A DNA stretch of 64,000 nt from Zancudomyces culisetae HAW-14-8 (GCA_052426225.1 JBNJNM010000021.1:1-64000); one strand, 5' to 3'. Positions 1-13,774 are shown, numbered from the stretch's first letter. Numbers and translations are program-made. Notes: a model not told the origin generated them from the letters alone.

Positions 1-1955
1 CTTAACCGTAACCCTAACCTAACCCTAACCCTAACCCTAACCCTAACCCTAACCCTAACCCTAACCCTAACCCTAACCCCTAACCCTAACCCTAACCCTA
101 ACCCTAACCCTAACCCTAACCCTAACCCAAACCCTAACCCTAACTAACCCTAACCCTAACCCTAACCCTAACCCTAACCCTAACCCAACCCTAACCCTAA
201 CCCTAACCCTAACCCTAACCCTAACCCTAACCCTAACCCTAACCCTAACCCTAACCCTACCTACCCTAACCCTAACCCTAACCCTAACCCTAACCCTAAC
301 CCTAACCCTAACCCTAACCCTAACCCTAACCCTAACCCTAACCCCTAACCCTAACCCTAACCCTAACCCTAACCCTAACCCTAACCCTAACCCTAACCCA
401 ACCCTAACCCTAACCCTAACCCTAACCCTAACCCTAACCCTAACCCTAACCCTAACCCTAACCCTAACCCTAACCCTAACCCTAACCCTAACCCTAACCC
501 TAACCCTAACCCTAACCCTAACCCTAACCCTAACCCTAACCCTAACCCTAACCCTAACCCTAACCCTAACCCTAACCCTAACCCTAACCCTAACCCTAAC
601 CCTAACCCTAACCCTAACCCTAACCCTAACCCTAACCCTAACCCTAACCCTAACCCTAACCCTAACCCTAACCCTAACCCTAACCCTAACCCTAACCCTA
701 ACCCTAACCCTAACCCTAACCCTAACCCTAACCCTAACCCTAACCCTAACCCTAACCCTAACCCTAACCCTAACCCTAACCCTAACCCTAACCCTAACCC
801 TAACCCTAACCCTAACCCTAACCCTAACCCTAACCCTAACCCTAACCCTAACCCTAACCCTAACCCTAACCCTAACCCTAACCCTAACCCTAACCCTAAC
901 CCTAACCCTAACCCTAACCCTAACCCTAACCCTAACCCTAACCCTAACCCTAACCCTAACCCTAACCCTAACCCTAACCCTAACCCTAACCCTAACCCTA
1001 ACCCTAACCCTAACCCTAACCCTAACCCTAACCCTAACCCTAACCCTAACCCTAACCCTAACCCTAACCCTAACCCTAACCCTAACCCTAACCCTAACCC
1101 TAACCCTAACCCTAACCCTAACCCTAACCCTAACCCTAACCCTAACCCTAACCCTAACCCTAACCCTAACCCTAACCCTAACCCTAACCCTAACCCTAAC
1201 CCTAACCCTAACCCTAACCCTAACCCTAACCCTAACCCTAACCCTAACCCTAACCCTAACCCTAACCCTAACCCTAACCCTAACCCTAACCCTAACCCTA
1301 ACCCTAACCCTAACCCTAACCCTAACCCTAACCCTAACCCTAACCCTAACCCTAACCCTAACCCTAACCCTAACCCTAACCCTAACCCTAACCCTAACCC
1401 TAACCCTAACCCTAACCCTAACCCTAACCCTAACCCTAACCCTAACCCTAACCCTAACCCTAACCCTAACCCTAACCCTAACCCTAACCCTAACCCTAAC
1501 CCTAACCCTAACCCTAACCCTAACCCTAACCCTAACCCTAACCCTAACCCTAACCCTAACCCTAACCCTAACCCTAACCCTAACCCTAACCCTAACCCTA
1601 ACCCTAACCCTAACCCTAACCCTAACCCTAACCCTAACCCTAACCCTAACCCTAACCCTAACCCTAACCCTAACCCTAACCCTAACCCTAACCCTAACCC
1701 TAACCCTAACCCTAACCCTAACCCTAACCCTAACCCTAACCCTAACCCTAACCCTAACCCTAACCCTAACCCTAACCCTAACCCTAACCCTAACCCTAAC
1801 CCTAACCCTAACCCTAACCCTAACCCTAACCCTAACCCTAACCCTAACCCTAACCCTAACCCTAACCCTAACCCTAACCCTAACCCTAACCCTAACCCTA
1901 ACCCTAACCCTAACCCTAACCCTAACCCTAACCCTAACCCTAACCCTAACCCTAA
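1..1955. repeat. Telomeric repeat array (CCCTAA)n = TTAGGG on the - strand; left chromosome end
   Basis: About 325 near-perfect CCCTAA units from base 1, C-rich strand at the 5' end as expected for a left telomere; a few irregular units only in the distal ~400 bp. Confidence 0.99.
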
Positions 1956-2121
1956 CCCTATCCCTATCCCTATCCCTATCCCTATCCCTATCCCTATCCC
2001 TATCCCTAACCCTATCCCTATCCCTATCCCTATCCCTATCCCTATCCCTATCCCTATCCCTATCCCGTTCCATATTCATATCCCGTTCCCGTTTCCTATC
2101 TCTATCCCGTTCCCTATCCCG
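1956..2121. repeat. Proximal variant telomeric repeats (CCCTAT)n decaying into CCCGTT-like units
   Basis: 8 CCCTAT, 1 CCCTAA and 9 CCCTAT units (1956-2063), then degenerate hexamers to ~2121. Confidence 0.95.
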
Positions 2122-2365
2122 AAATCAATCGAATCTTCATGAAAACTGCTAACATAATCGCTTCTTTGACTGCAAAGTTATCAACCTGAATGAGAAACTC
2201 TACTAAAGAAGCTGAACTTGAAAATAATATGTTAAATCCTAACACGCTTAAATTCATTGCAGTTATAAACAGTAACTCTCCAGTAACTCAAAAGATAGCT
2301 ATTATCATTATAGCTCACTGTTTTACGATAATATAAAAAGCCACCAATAAAAAAATCCAACTGAT

Positions 2366-2695
2366 TGTCATAAACTAATATTAATAAGTTATAATTAAAT
2401 CAACAAACAATATCAAACATGATTTGGATGAATCAGAAATATGATTTTAAACATGTTTAATATTGAAACTAGCACAAAACACAACTTTTCTTTAAATAGT
2501 TCATTAATTTTAACTACTTTCTATTTATGCAACATTTTAGTTTTTATTTTAAATTTTAATATTACAAACAAAAACTTATACTAGCATATATTTACTTCAG
2601 AAAAACTTATCAGACAACAAGTGTCAACAATAAATATAATTATAGTAATACTTAATATTCACCAAATTACACAAAAATAGATAATTTCATGAAGT
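2366..2695 (+). repeat. 5' LTR of the Ty3/gypsy element
   Basis: Direct repeat of 8002-8334 (shared AAACATGATTTGGATGAATCAGAAATATGATTTTAAACATG...), roughly 85-90% identical by eye; its 3' end is eroded. Confidence 0.9.
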
Positions 2696-3199
2696 TTGTC
2701 AGATCAATATATAATATCTTATACTATCTTGTCAGAGAATAATTACATAGACCTAAATGCACTAGTAACAATGACTAAAGTCATATTAATGAATTACATA
2801 GGATGGCAACTGTCACGACATGACACTAAGTACTATTTGTATTAACTAGGCTATGATTTTATCAATATAATATTATGAGATGAATAGTATTTTATTGCTA
2901 AAGTTTATTAAAGCAACAAAATCATTGTCCTTATATAGTTTAACAATATACAAAATTAATTGTAAAACATAAAAAAATATATACTTAAACTATTTCTTAA
3001 AACTAAATTATATAATTTGTCAACTCCACAGTTAACATTAAATAATATAGGGTAAAACCAAATTATTTAATATGATTAATTATTACACCATAATTAATAA
3101 TTTATGTAGTAAAAATTAAAGCGGAGTAAACGTTAATAAAATTAACATTTGCTATTTTTAATTTCATATTAAAAATAACAATAATGTCATGAATGGATC

Positions 3200-4081
3200 A
3201 TGACAGCAACCCAACTAGACGATCTTCAGCTTTGCTTAAATATGTTAAGAATTAATCAAGCAAACGTGTTACCAGTGGCTAGAGAACCAAGAGTAGCAGA
3301 TTCTGAATACTTTAGTGGCAATAGAGACCAACTAAGAAACTTTATGGCACAAGTCCAACTAGTCATACAATCTCAACCCTCAAGATTTTCAACAGATACT
3401 CAGAAAGTCATTTTTGCTTCTACTTTCCTTCGTGGTCCTGCTTTCTCGTGGCTACAACCGTTTCTAGAATCAAATGATCATGAACCAATCCTGGAAAATT
3501 TTGACATTTTCATAAACGAACTTTATCTGTTTTCGGAAATCCACACCAATCATCGACAGCTGAACGTCAACTCAGAAAACTTCGCCAGTTGGGATCCGCA
3601 GCCACCTATGCTACTGAATTTTGTCGTATTTCGACACTTATGTCCAGGCATTACGCAGCACAATGTAGCCAATTTTTTGAAGGTTTAAAAAAATAATTAA
3701 GGATTTATTAGCATGTTTTGATAGACCAGACATATGTTTAGAAATTATTGACCACGCTATAATAATTGACAACAGACTATTTGAAAGAAAATTTGAAAAA
3801 TCGTTTCGCCCTCGCCCAATGCACATGCAAAATTTGGATAATTCTATATCATCAAGAAACAATTTATTAACATAACACAGCCTCGGGTGCAACAAATGGA
3901 AATTGACGGAACTTCATCTCGTCGCCCACCACTCACTCAGACTGAAAAACAACGCCGCCTCGATCTTAATCTTTGTCTATACTGTGGTAATCCTGATCAT
4001 GTCATTTCATCTTGTCCTCGTCGCCCGCAAATAAAGGTACCAAATACTATATCTGCAAGCATTATTAAGGAAAACAATTAA
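3200..4081 (+). pseudogene. gag: Retrotransposon gag (capsid plus CCHC zinc knuckle), frameshifted
   Basis: EPRVADSEYFSGNRDQLRNF...KVIFASTFLRGPAFSW capsid motif; CLYCGNPDHVISSC knuckle in ORF 3887-4081. Confidence 0.92.
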
Positions 4082-4321
4082 GCTCAAGTCAATTTTCGGA
4101 CGTAGTCTTGAGTGTATCTAATTAACCCAAACCTTCCCTTTCAACCAAAAATCTTTATCCTTTAAGTATTGCCGGTAATGAAACATCCGGAAGTTTATAT
4201 CAAGCTGAAGTAAATTTACCTTTACAATTTATCAATAAAATACACACTACTGAAATAACCAATCTAACACATATATTAAATGTAAAAGATTCATTCTACC
4301 AATCTAACTATAACTCTGAAA

Positions 4322-4503
4322 ATAAACCTGAAACCAAATCTGAAGTCAAACCTGAACTTAATACTGAAATCAAACCTGAACTTAAACCTGAACTTAAACC
4401 TGAACTTAAACATGAAACCAAATCTGAACTTATAATTAAAACTAAACCCGTACTTACTCAAAACCTGAACTTAAGCCTGAATTCAAGCCTGAATCTATAC
4501 CTG
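4322..4503 (+). repeat. 12-bp tandem repeat AAACCTGAACTT (KPEL-like) between gag and protease
   Basis: About 14 degenerate units visible directly. Confidence 0.8.
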
Positions 4504-4559
4504 ACTGCAACTTATAAATTAATTCCACAATCAATAAGAATCTGACCTGGAACATTTAA

Positions 4560-7500
4560 CTATGTCAACAAATAAAGTTAACTCTCATCTTATAGTATCA
4601 GTAACCCTTCGGGTAAACAATAACCCGATAAAAACCGTTCCCACGATTGATTCGGGTTCAACTAATTGCTTCACTGATTCTCTTTTGCCAAGACTAATAA
4701 CATTCCATTAGTATTCAAAAAATTACCATTTCCGCTACTAGCAATTCACGCAAGATTAATTTCGTCAGGCTCCATAACATACAATACAATACCTCTTCAA
4801 CTTAACACCTATAATTATCACGTAATTATATCTTTAGATGTAACCAAATTGGGAAAATACCCTGTAATTATTGGAATAAACTGGCTGAGAACCCATAATC
4901 CACACATAGAGTGGAATTTAGATAAGTTGTATTACATATCTGAATATTGCCAAAATAATTGTAGAATTCAACAAAATCAATGTTCTACACACACAATAAC
5001 TTGCACAATAATTCCAGATAAATCAGAAATAACTCCTATACCATCGAGATATTCTGAATTTAAAGATGTATTCGACGAAAAAGCAGCTAATAATTAACCA
5101 TCTCATCGTACATATGATCATAAAATTCCGTTAACACCAGGCTCACAACCACCATTTGGACCAATTTATTCAATATCTGTAACATAACTCGCAGCACTTT
5201 GTGATTATTTGAAAGAAAATTTAGATATAGGTTTTATTCATCCTTCATCATCTCCAGCTGGCTCTCCTATACTTTTTGTAAAAAAATAAGATGGATCTTT
5301 AAGATTATGCGTTGATTTTATGAGATTAAATAATTTGTCAATAAAATCAGGTATCTTTACCTTTAATCGGAGAGTTACTCGACAGATTCAGACAAGCGAA
5401 AATATTATCTAAAATCGATTGTAGAGGCGCTTATAATTTAATAAGAATAGCTAAGGGAGAAGAATGGAATAATGCATTCCGTACGAGATACGGTCACTAT
5501 GAATATAGAGATATGCCATTCGGACTCTGCAATGCTCCAGCATCGTTTAATATTTCATGAATGATGTATTAACTGACTGCTTAGATAGATTTGCAGTAGT
5601 ATATTTATATGATATACTGGTATATAGTACAATTAGAATAATATATTAAGCATGTAAAAGAGATATTAAGAAGACTCCGAAATAATTCACTATATGCTAA
5701 ACTGGAAAAATGATGAATTCACAAAACAAAAGTCGAATTCTTGGGATATATTGTTTCCGATAAAGGGGTGAGTATGGATATAACAAAGACAATAGCTGTA
5801 AGTGCATGGCCTGCACCAACCTTAATAAAAGAAATTCAAACGTTCCTTGGTTTTGCAAATTTCTATAGAAAATTTATAATGAACTTTTCAAAGATTGTGA
5901 CACCTATAACAAAATTGTTACGAAATAATGAAAAATGGAACTGGACACTGAAGCACAAAACTCTTTCGATCAATTAAAAAAAGCATTTACAACTGCACCT
6001 ATTTTAAAATATTTTGATCCGATTAAATCAATTACTATCGAAACTGATGCATCAGACTTCGCAATTGGTGGAGTTATTTCACAACGCGACGATAATAACA
6101 ATTTACATCCTATAGCATATTATTCCAGAAAGTTACAATCTGCAGAAATCAACTACGAAATTTACGATAAAGAAATGTTAGCCATAATTGAGGCTTTTAA
6201 AGTATGGAGATCATACCTCGAAGGAGCATTACATCAAATTACGGTTTTAACTGACCATAAAATTTTAGAATATTTTACTACCACTAAAACTTTGAATAGG
6301 CGTCAAGCACGATGGGCTGAATTATTAGGAAATTATAATTTCATTATTAAATACGCAACTGGTTCATCTAACGGGATACCCGATGCTTTGTCCAGACGCC
6401 CGGATCATTTGCCTAAGGATGGGGATGACGCACTACGTAATAAGTAAAGTATGCTAAAGCCAGAACAATTGATAATTGTAGCAGTAGAACTAATGTTTGC
6501 TAATAAATTTGATAAAACTATATTAAATAGTAGCTACAAAAAAGATATTAAAGCTAATTCCATTATTTCTAAATTGAAACATATTAACAATTCATCTAAC
6601 TCTGAATATCCAAACTTAAAGGATTATAAATACGACAATGTAGTACTTACTTTTAAAGGTAAAACATACATTCCAGATAACATTGAAATCAAACTACTAC
6701 AACTCAACCAATTTCACGATTCGCTTATTGCTGGACACTTCGGACATTCTAAAACCTTTGAACTGATTTCAAGATACTATTATTGGCCAAAAATGAGAAA
6801 AATGAATAAAAATTATATTAACTCATGCGATCAATGTTGCAGATGTAAACCGATAAGACACAAACCATATAGTCAACTACAACCATTACAGATTCCAGAA
6901 AAACCGTATGAATCAATTTCTATGGATTTTATTGTTGGGTTACCATTGTCACAAACTTTTGATTCAGTATTGGTTATTGTAGATAGACTAACAAAAATGG
7001 CGCATTTTATTCCAACAAATAACAATATCAACGCACAACAAACAGCAAAACTATTTATCAATAACATATTTAAACTTCACGGACTGCCAAAAGATATCGT
7101 CTCTGATAGAGGTTCTATCTTCACTTATAAATTTTGGATACTATTACCAAAGTATTAAATATAAAATCAAATATGTCAACAGCATACCATCCACAAACGG
7201 ATGGTCAAACGGAACGAGTAAACCAAGTTTTAGAACAGTATATCAGAATTTATTGTAACTACAACCAAACAAACTGGCATGGTTTATTAGCACTCGCAGA
7301 ATTTGCATATAATTACTGAAAACACTCAACTACAAAATTTTCACCATTCTACGCTAATACTGGATATCATCCATCAATATTTCGATAAAATATTTTGACT
7401 TCACCCAGTAACTCGCCCATAATCACAGATTTAACTCAGAAAATGTCACAAATTTACAAGGAACTTATAAAAAATATTAAAAATGTAATGAAAGATATGC

Positions 7501-7990
7501 TAAAGCATATGATAAAAACAGACAAGCCGAACCCGAGTTTAATATAAGATCAAAATTGTGGTTAAATAGAAAATAATAAAAACTAACAGACCAAATAACA
7601 AACTAGATTATACTAAATTAGGTCCATTGACAATAGTTATAAAATTAAGCAAAGTAGCATACGAACTTCAACTTCCTACTGCTATATAAGTACATCCTGT
7701 CTTTCACGTTTCCCTTCTAGAACCAGTAACTAACAACACTATTGAAGGCCGAATTCATGAAACTCCATTACCGGTACTAGTTGATGGAATATCAGAATAC
7801 AAAGTCGAACAAATATTAGACAGTCGTATTAAATATAATAAACTACAATATCTAGTGGACTGGAAAGGGTACGACGCAAGCAAAAGAACTTGGGAACCAG
7901 CCGAACATCTAACAAATACAAAAGAAATTGTGGAAAAGTAACATAATGAAAACCCGAATAAACCAATGTCGCTCAGAGATCGACACTAAG
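4560..7990 (+). pseudogene. pol: Retrotransposon pol (protease, RT, RNase H, integrase, chromodomain), disrupted
   Basis: IDSG and IIGINWL (protease); DGSLRLCVD and MPFGLCNAP (RT); [11 protein letters not shown] and [12 protein letters not shown] (RNase H); HHCC, SMDFI, SDRG and TDGQTER (integrase); EYKVEQILDSR..QYLVDWKGY...TWEP (chromodomain, ~7795-7915). Confidence 0.95.
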
Positions 7991-8001
7991 AGAGGGAATA
8001 C

Positions 8002-8334
8002 TGTCATAAACTAATTTAAACAGTTTTAATTTAAATCAACAAACATTATCAAACATGATTTGGATGAATCAGAAATATGATTTTAAACATGTTTAATATT
8101 GAAACTAGCACAAAACACAGCATTTCTTTAAATATTTCATTAATTTTAACCACTTTCTATTTATGCAACATTTTAGTATTTAATATTAAATTTATAGATT
8201 ACAAACAAAAAGTTTAAATAGCATTTTTTATTTCTTCAGAAAAACTTATCTGACAACAATTGTCAACAATTAATATATTTTATAGTAGCACTTAATAATC
8301 ACCAAATTACACTAAAATATACAAGTTAATGACA
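8002..8334 (+). repeat. 3' LTR of the Ty3/gypsy element
   Basis: Starts TGTCA just after the PPT, ends TGACA followed by the TSD. Confidence 0.93.
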
Positions 8335-8339
8335 CTGAT

Positions 8340-11300
8340 AAACATTAAAAGTAAAGAACTCTATACAACTTCACTTTAGATTTAAAATCATTGCTTTTAT
8401 TACTTCACTTGCTGATACAATTACAAAATTTGAAGCTGACCTCCTCAATATCTTTTATATTTAACTTCAAATTTTTAAGATTAATTTCAACTGAAGAAAA
8501 CTAAAAAATCAGAAAATTGTTGATGCTAAGAAACTATAAAGAAACAAGAACTAGTTCAAAACTTGTTGACCGTAGATACACAAGATAGTTTAAAAGGACA
8601 AAGATATGTATATTATGGCAACAAATTGCGTCGAAACCATCAACCAACAAAACCAAAATATCACTAATATACTACAGTAGAAAAAACATTCTAGGAAAGA
8701 AAAAAACTACAAATCCAACAAAAGACATTTAATTAACAATAAATAAAGAGTAATTAACAACACAAATCTATTCAAAAGTTCTCATGGCGCCAAAGAAGGA
8801 ACCACAACATAATATTTAAAAAAAAAAGTATAACACTGTTTTAACTTCAAATATCATTACCATCAACAATTACTAAGTAATTTTACCAAAAATACAACAA
8901 AGTCAACTAAAAATTATTCAGCTATATTTACTTTTGTTCACAACATGACTTCCAAATCTGATAGTAAACAGCTTATATTAAACAATTGAATTAAACACAT
9001 ACCTCAATTACTCAACAATGTAGTACATAACGTTGACCTTTCTTTTTATAATACCACTCTTCTTTTTACCAAAAGTTATATTATTCAAACAACGTTGATG
9101 ACAAATTATAAAGAAATTATACTGAAATGCTTGAGTAAAAATTATTATATGCTATCACTCCTAAACTCACAGAGAAAACTAAATCTTTATACCAAAAGTT
9201 ATCAATGATATCAACCATGACGGAAGTATTAACATAATAAATTCAATATTCACATAGGCCCAGTAATCATGGATACACTAGATTATCACAAACAAGTATT
9301 GAAAATATTAAAAACACTAACATTAATGACAAATTCGTGATATCTCAAATGACATCAATGATCAAGTATTTAATTTTACATCTAATAATCTAATTAACTA
9401 CTACTCTACAATATATTATTCAAAAAGCAAACAAGTCTACAACATAAAGACAATAATATTTAATTACAGAATTTCTACATATTATTAAAACCATTAAAGA
9501 TAATTGAATTTCGACCAATTACATCTGCTACCAATTGGCTAACAACGAAGTTATCTAAAACAATATCAATAGATTAATTGAATAAGAAAACCCAGTAAGC
9601 TAAAAAGTTACCTAGAATAGAGTAAACAACTTGCAAAAAAAGTTATTCCAAAAACTACTTAATAGGATCACTCGATGTTGATATTTAATTCATATATTAG
9701 AATCAAAACTTTGTCAGTACTATTCTAAATTGACCAAATCTCAATAACTAAATGATGCACATTACTATTAGTAAATCCAACTATATTATGTATAATAAAA
9801 CTGTATTTAAATAAATATTAGGTATCGAAATGAGTTTAATGCAACAGACCTATGGGCTATACTTAACCTTCAACCTATTATAAAATTTTAATAAATTTTG
9901 CCTTCATTAATTCAGTTAAATTAACTATATATTCTAAAAAACTGTTAAAAACTACGAGCTGCTTATAAAAGTGACTATGGATTTGTTATTCTTATTATGT
10001 ATTTATTAGAAGAAGCAGGTATTTAGAAAAATTTATATTTAGATGAGTTAATAAATTTATATATTTCTCTGATGAATCCCAAAGGAAATTCCAATGGTTT
10101 CATAATTTTTTATCAGAATATTTTACTATCAAGAAAAATTTAAAGACAATATAAAATAGCAAGAAAAATTTGATTATGTATGATCTAATTATATTAGGTA
10201 TCTACTTATCTTTAAACTTACCATTTTCATTTTTTGATTTTAACATGGATTTAGTTTATCGAAATAACATTGAATTTGTAAAAATTTTAACATTAATTTA
10301 ATTATACATTGTGCATTGATTTAGAATTATTTTTTACATTGATTTTGTTTATCGATTTTAGCATTGATTTTATTTATTGATTTTGACATAGATTATAATT
10401 ATCAATTAAATCATGGATTTTGTTATTCCAATTAGCTAGGGATTTTGACTATCCCGTTTTCCATGGTTTAATGTAAGTTTAATCATTTAAAATTTCTTGA
10501 ATTTATTTTGTAATTTTTCTATAAATAAATTCTGATATTGATGGTGTATTCAACTAACATAATTTCATGTCGGATGACATTTTCGAAGGCCGGTTATGAA
10601 ATAATATATTAGATTAAATTTTTCATATGCCAAAATGTAACTATAATTATTACCGGGAATTGGCCATTCCTAACAGTAACTCACAAAGACAATTTATCCA
10701 AACTTATACACACCGCCAACAACAGCATCCCTGGAATAAATATGACTCTCGCTATTAATTCAGCAGATACTGTAGACCTCCTTGATAAATCTGTTTACTT
10801 AAATACTGAAATTCAAATCAGTTTCAAAACGTATCAAAAACCTCTTAATCTATACGGATAAATACCATTTTTTTCTAAACACGGCATTTCTACTAAAAAA
10901 GCAGTTATATCTGGTGAACTAAACTGATATTAAGACAATGCACAGATTATAATGACTTGTTGATATTCGATAATTATTAAAAGAACGACTACTAGCACGA
11001 TGATATAACATAAAATTCATAAATGACATATTCATTAAAAACGCATACGATGTTAGAAAAATATTGCTAAAAACGACCAATAAACCTTCTAAAAACATTG
11101 TTCCATTAGTAATATTCTATAACAAACATTCAAACTACCAAATATTACAAAGATTCATACATGAACTAAACGCATCCAAAACTGCTCTAAGTAACAATTT
11201 AAGATTTATTATTGCTTGTAAAAAATCACCGAAACTTGGTGATTACCTACTAAAATTTGGGCTAAATAAAGCCCAAGCCGAATATATCAAGGATAATTAT

Positions 11301-11340
11301 AGGGCTGATTCAAACCCAGTCTCAATCCTATTCCTATAGA
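8340..11340 (+). mobile_element. Degenerate Penelope-like retroelement RT, no GIY-YIG endonuclease visible; 2122-2365 may be its part distal to the Ty3 insertion
   Basis: Manual translation gives RPITSATNW (~9512), GIEM..NATDLWA (~9821), DDIF (~10573), TVDLLD (~10770), FKTYQKPLNLYG*IPFFSKHGISTKKAVISGELN*Y (10823-10930), ERLLAR*Y (~10983) and IACKKSPKLGDYL (~11210). These are ordered PLE RT, thumb and C-terminal motifs. Confidence 0.75.
10230..10465. repeat. Degenerate 25-bp minisatellite inside the PLE remnant
   Basis: GATT units recur at 10341, 10366, 10391, 10416 and 10441. Confidence 0.55.
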
Positions 11341-12225
11341 TGCTCCAACACGGAAAGTCGGTCTTCAAGGTAATTTTTCCAATGAATCGGAAGAACTTTA
11401 AATCAACCTCACAAACTCTGATAAATAATTTTGGAAATTCAAATTACCAACCTAATCACAAATTTACTTAGCACTATGTTTGACTATCTCAATTTTAATC
11501 TATATTTAAAAAATATTTTCAGATCTAAGATTTAAAAATTATGCTATTTATACCAAATACCATTTTTAGTGATAATATCATTATCGTTACTAGAATTAAT
11601 ATTTATTCTTATACTTTTCACAAATACATAACGATATCAAACAGCTGACTAAGTAACTTTAATATTTTTAATTATTTTAATAATAGTTTAATAGATATAG
11701 CTTTCTACACCTATTATTAGATAAATAATATATTAACTTTTTAAAGCAGCTTCGAATAGATAAATATGTAACAACCAACGAAGAACAATACATGGTTATT
11801 CATATTTCTATATCATAAAGAATATAATTATTATAATCAGATACAACCCACAACATTAATTTATAGTTAGAAAGTAGCAAAAAGCAAGAACATAATATAA
11901 AATATGCACATATTTAAATATCAAATTCAATTATATTTACAAGTGACCGTTATGATAATACAATTACAATCTACAATCATAATTTGTGTTTACTAAAAAA
12001 TAATATACACAACTAATTCATTAATTCTACTATAGTAAACTTATTCAATATTAATATATATTTCAAACTATAAAATCAATTATATAAATATATAACACAA
12101 CTGAAGAGGAACAATAAATTGAATTGGAAATAAAATTAGATGTCCTTATTAATAAACCATAGATTCATAATTTTAATTTTCGACAACATTGGAGTTTTAA
12201 GTCAATATATAATTTTGTATATATA

Positions 12226-13774
12226 CTGTGAGTTTCAAAAATGTCTCAAAATATTGAAAATAAATTTTAAAGTGTAATTTCTCGCTCAATAATATCCAGT
12301 GTTACTATTCATTTTATACATAACGCATATGCTATTTAAATTAGTAATTAATAAAATTTTATAGGTTTAAAAATCATTATGAAATTAAAATTGAAAAAAT
12401 TTTAAAAATGAGACAATTTTGGGAATTTTTCAAATAAAACTTTAAAATTCTGTCCACCTTCCTTTAGACTTGTTAACTGCCTCAACTCTTTTGGGCATAC
12501 TATCTATAAGACCAAGTATTGTTTCCACTGAAATTAAATTCCATTCCGTTTCTATTCGCTCCCATAATTCGATCATCCCGGACGGAGGTTTACTGTATCT
12601 ATTTTGGCGTCTTTTAATGATTGCCCATATAGTTTCTATTGGGTTTAAGTCTGGAGATTGTGGCGGCCAGTCCAATGTATTATATTCCTGGTTTATAAGC
12701 CAGCATGTAACTAACTTTGAGGTATGTTTAGGATCATTGTCATGTTGAAATATTATTGACTTGGGATTCAACTTGTAGTACTTTATTGTATTGCTAAGCT
12801 CGTCTTTAAAAATGTTTAAATAACCTTCCTTGTTTAACATTCCTACTATTCGGCACACGTAGCCAGTTCCAAATGCTGTGATGCATCCCCAAATCATTAA
12901 TGATCCTCCACCGTGTTTTACGGTCTGGTTAATATTGTGCGGCTGTAGACTCACACCATCACGAACCCAAGTCCATTCATTTCCATCAGATCCAAAGCGG
13001 CTGATTTTAGTTTTGTCGGACCAAATTACTCGTCTCCAATCATCAGTAGTCCAGTGGCGATGAGATTTTGCGAATCTCAACCTTTTTGCAATATTTTTAA
13101 GGCTCAGTTTCGGTTTGGAGGTTTTTTTATTTGCAACAACTTTTAAATCATTAAAAGCCCTATACATTTTAGCCTTACTAGCACTAACAATATTATCCAT
13201 TTCTAATTTCTTTTGTATCGAAGTAGCAGATCGATACTCTCCAGATAATATCATTCTAGTACACATTCGCTTGTTTAGCTGTGAAAGCTTTGCTGGACGA
13301 CTTCCTGAGTTAGCCGTGATATTATTCCTCATATTAGCTATAATTTTTGAAATTGTTGAGTTGCTGACTCCACATGATATTGAGATATTGCTATAACTTT
13401 TGCCCTCAAGTTGAGCATTTTAGATATCGCTATTTTACGGCTAGATATCTTTTTCATATTATTTAATTTTATAATTGTATTTATTTAATTTCATACAATT
13501 GTGTTCCAAGTTTTATAAGAATTTAATTTTTATTTCTAAATTTATGATATATTTAAATTGTATTTTTAAAAGTCTTAAACCGTTTCAATGTTTTAATTTA
13601 TATATTTTAATTTTCTCGCTGGTTTTTTAGCAAATCAAAATAATATTAATTGTTGTAAATGTGCTACTAATATATAATTATAAATGTATAAACTAAGATT
13701 CTATGTATATTATTGGTGGAAAAATTACAATAGAATATTTTTTACCAAACATTGAAACAGTTTGAGACTCGCTG
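12226..13774 (-). mobile_element. Tc1/mariner DNA transposon
   Basis: Imperfect TIRs (CTGTGAGTTTCAAAAATGTCTCAA versus reverse complement CAGCGAGTCTCAAACTGTTTCAA), each flanked by TA; internal DD34E transposase. Confidence 0.88.
12442..13457 (-). pseudogene. Tc1-family DD34E transposase with a 5' frameshift
   Basis: WSDKTK, TVKHGGGSLMIWGC, FQHDNDPKH, WPPQSPDLNPIE. The HTH-like segment continues in frame upstream of 13332; the ATG at 13457 is one base out of frame. Confidence 0.9.

Larger units (their letters stand above)
2366..8334 (+). mobile_element. Ty3/gypsy chromovirus LTR retrotransposon, full length, degenerate
   Basis: TGTCA...TGACA termini; 5-bp target-site duplication CTGAT at 2361-2365 and 8335-8339; two ~330-bp LTRs; polypurine tract AAGAGAGGGAATA at 7988-8000; gag-PR-RT-RH-IN-chromodomain order with many stops and frameshifts. 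Confidence 0.96.

Noticed and set aside
73-2079. 668-aa RV/RD/GL dipeptide ORF
   Set aside because: Stop-free translation of the telomeric hexamer; no evidence that it is a gene.
4322-4503. CRISPR-like array
   Set aside because: Contiguous tandem repeats without unique spacers, in a eukaryotic retrotransposon.
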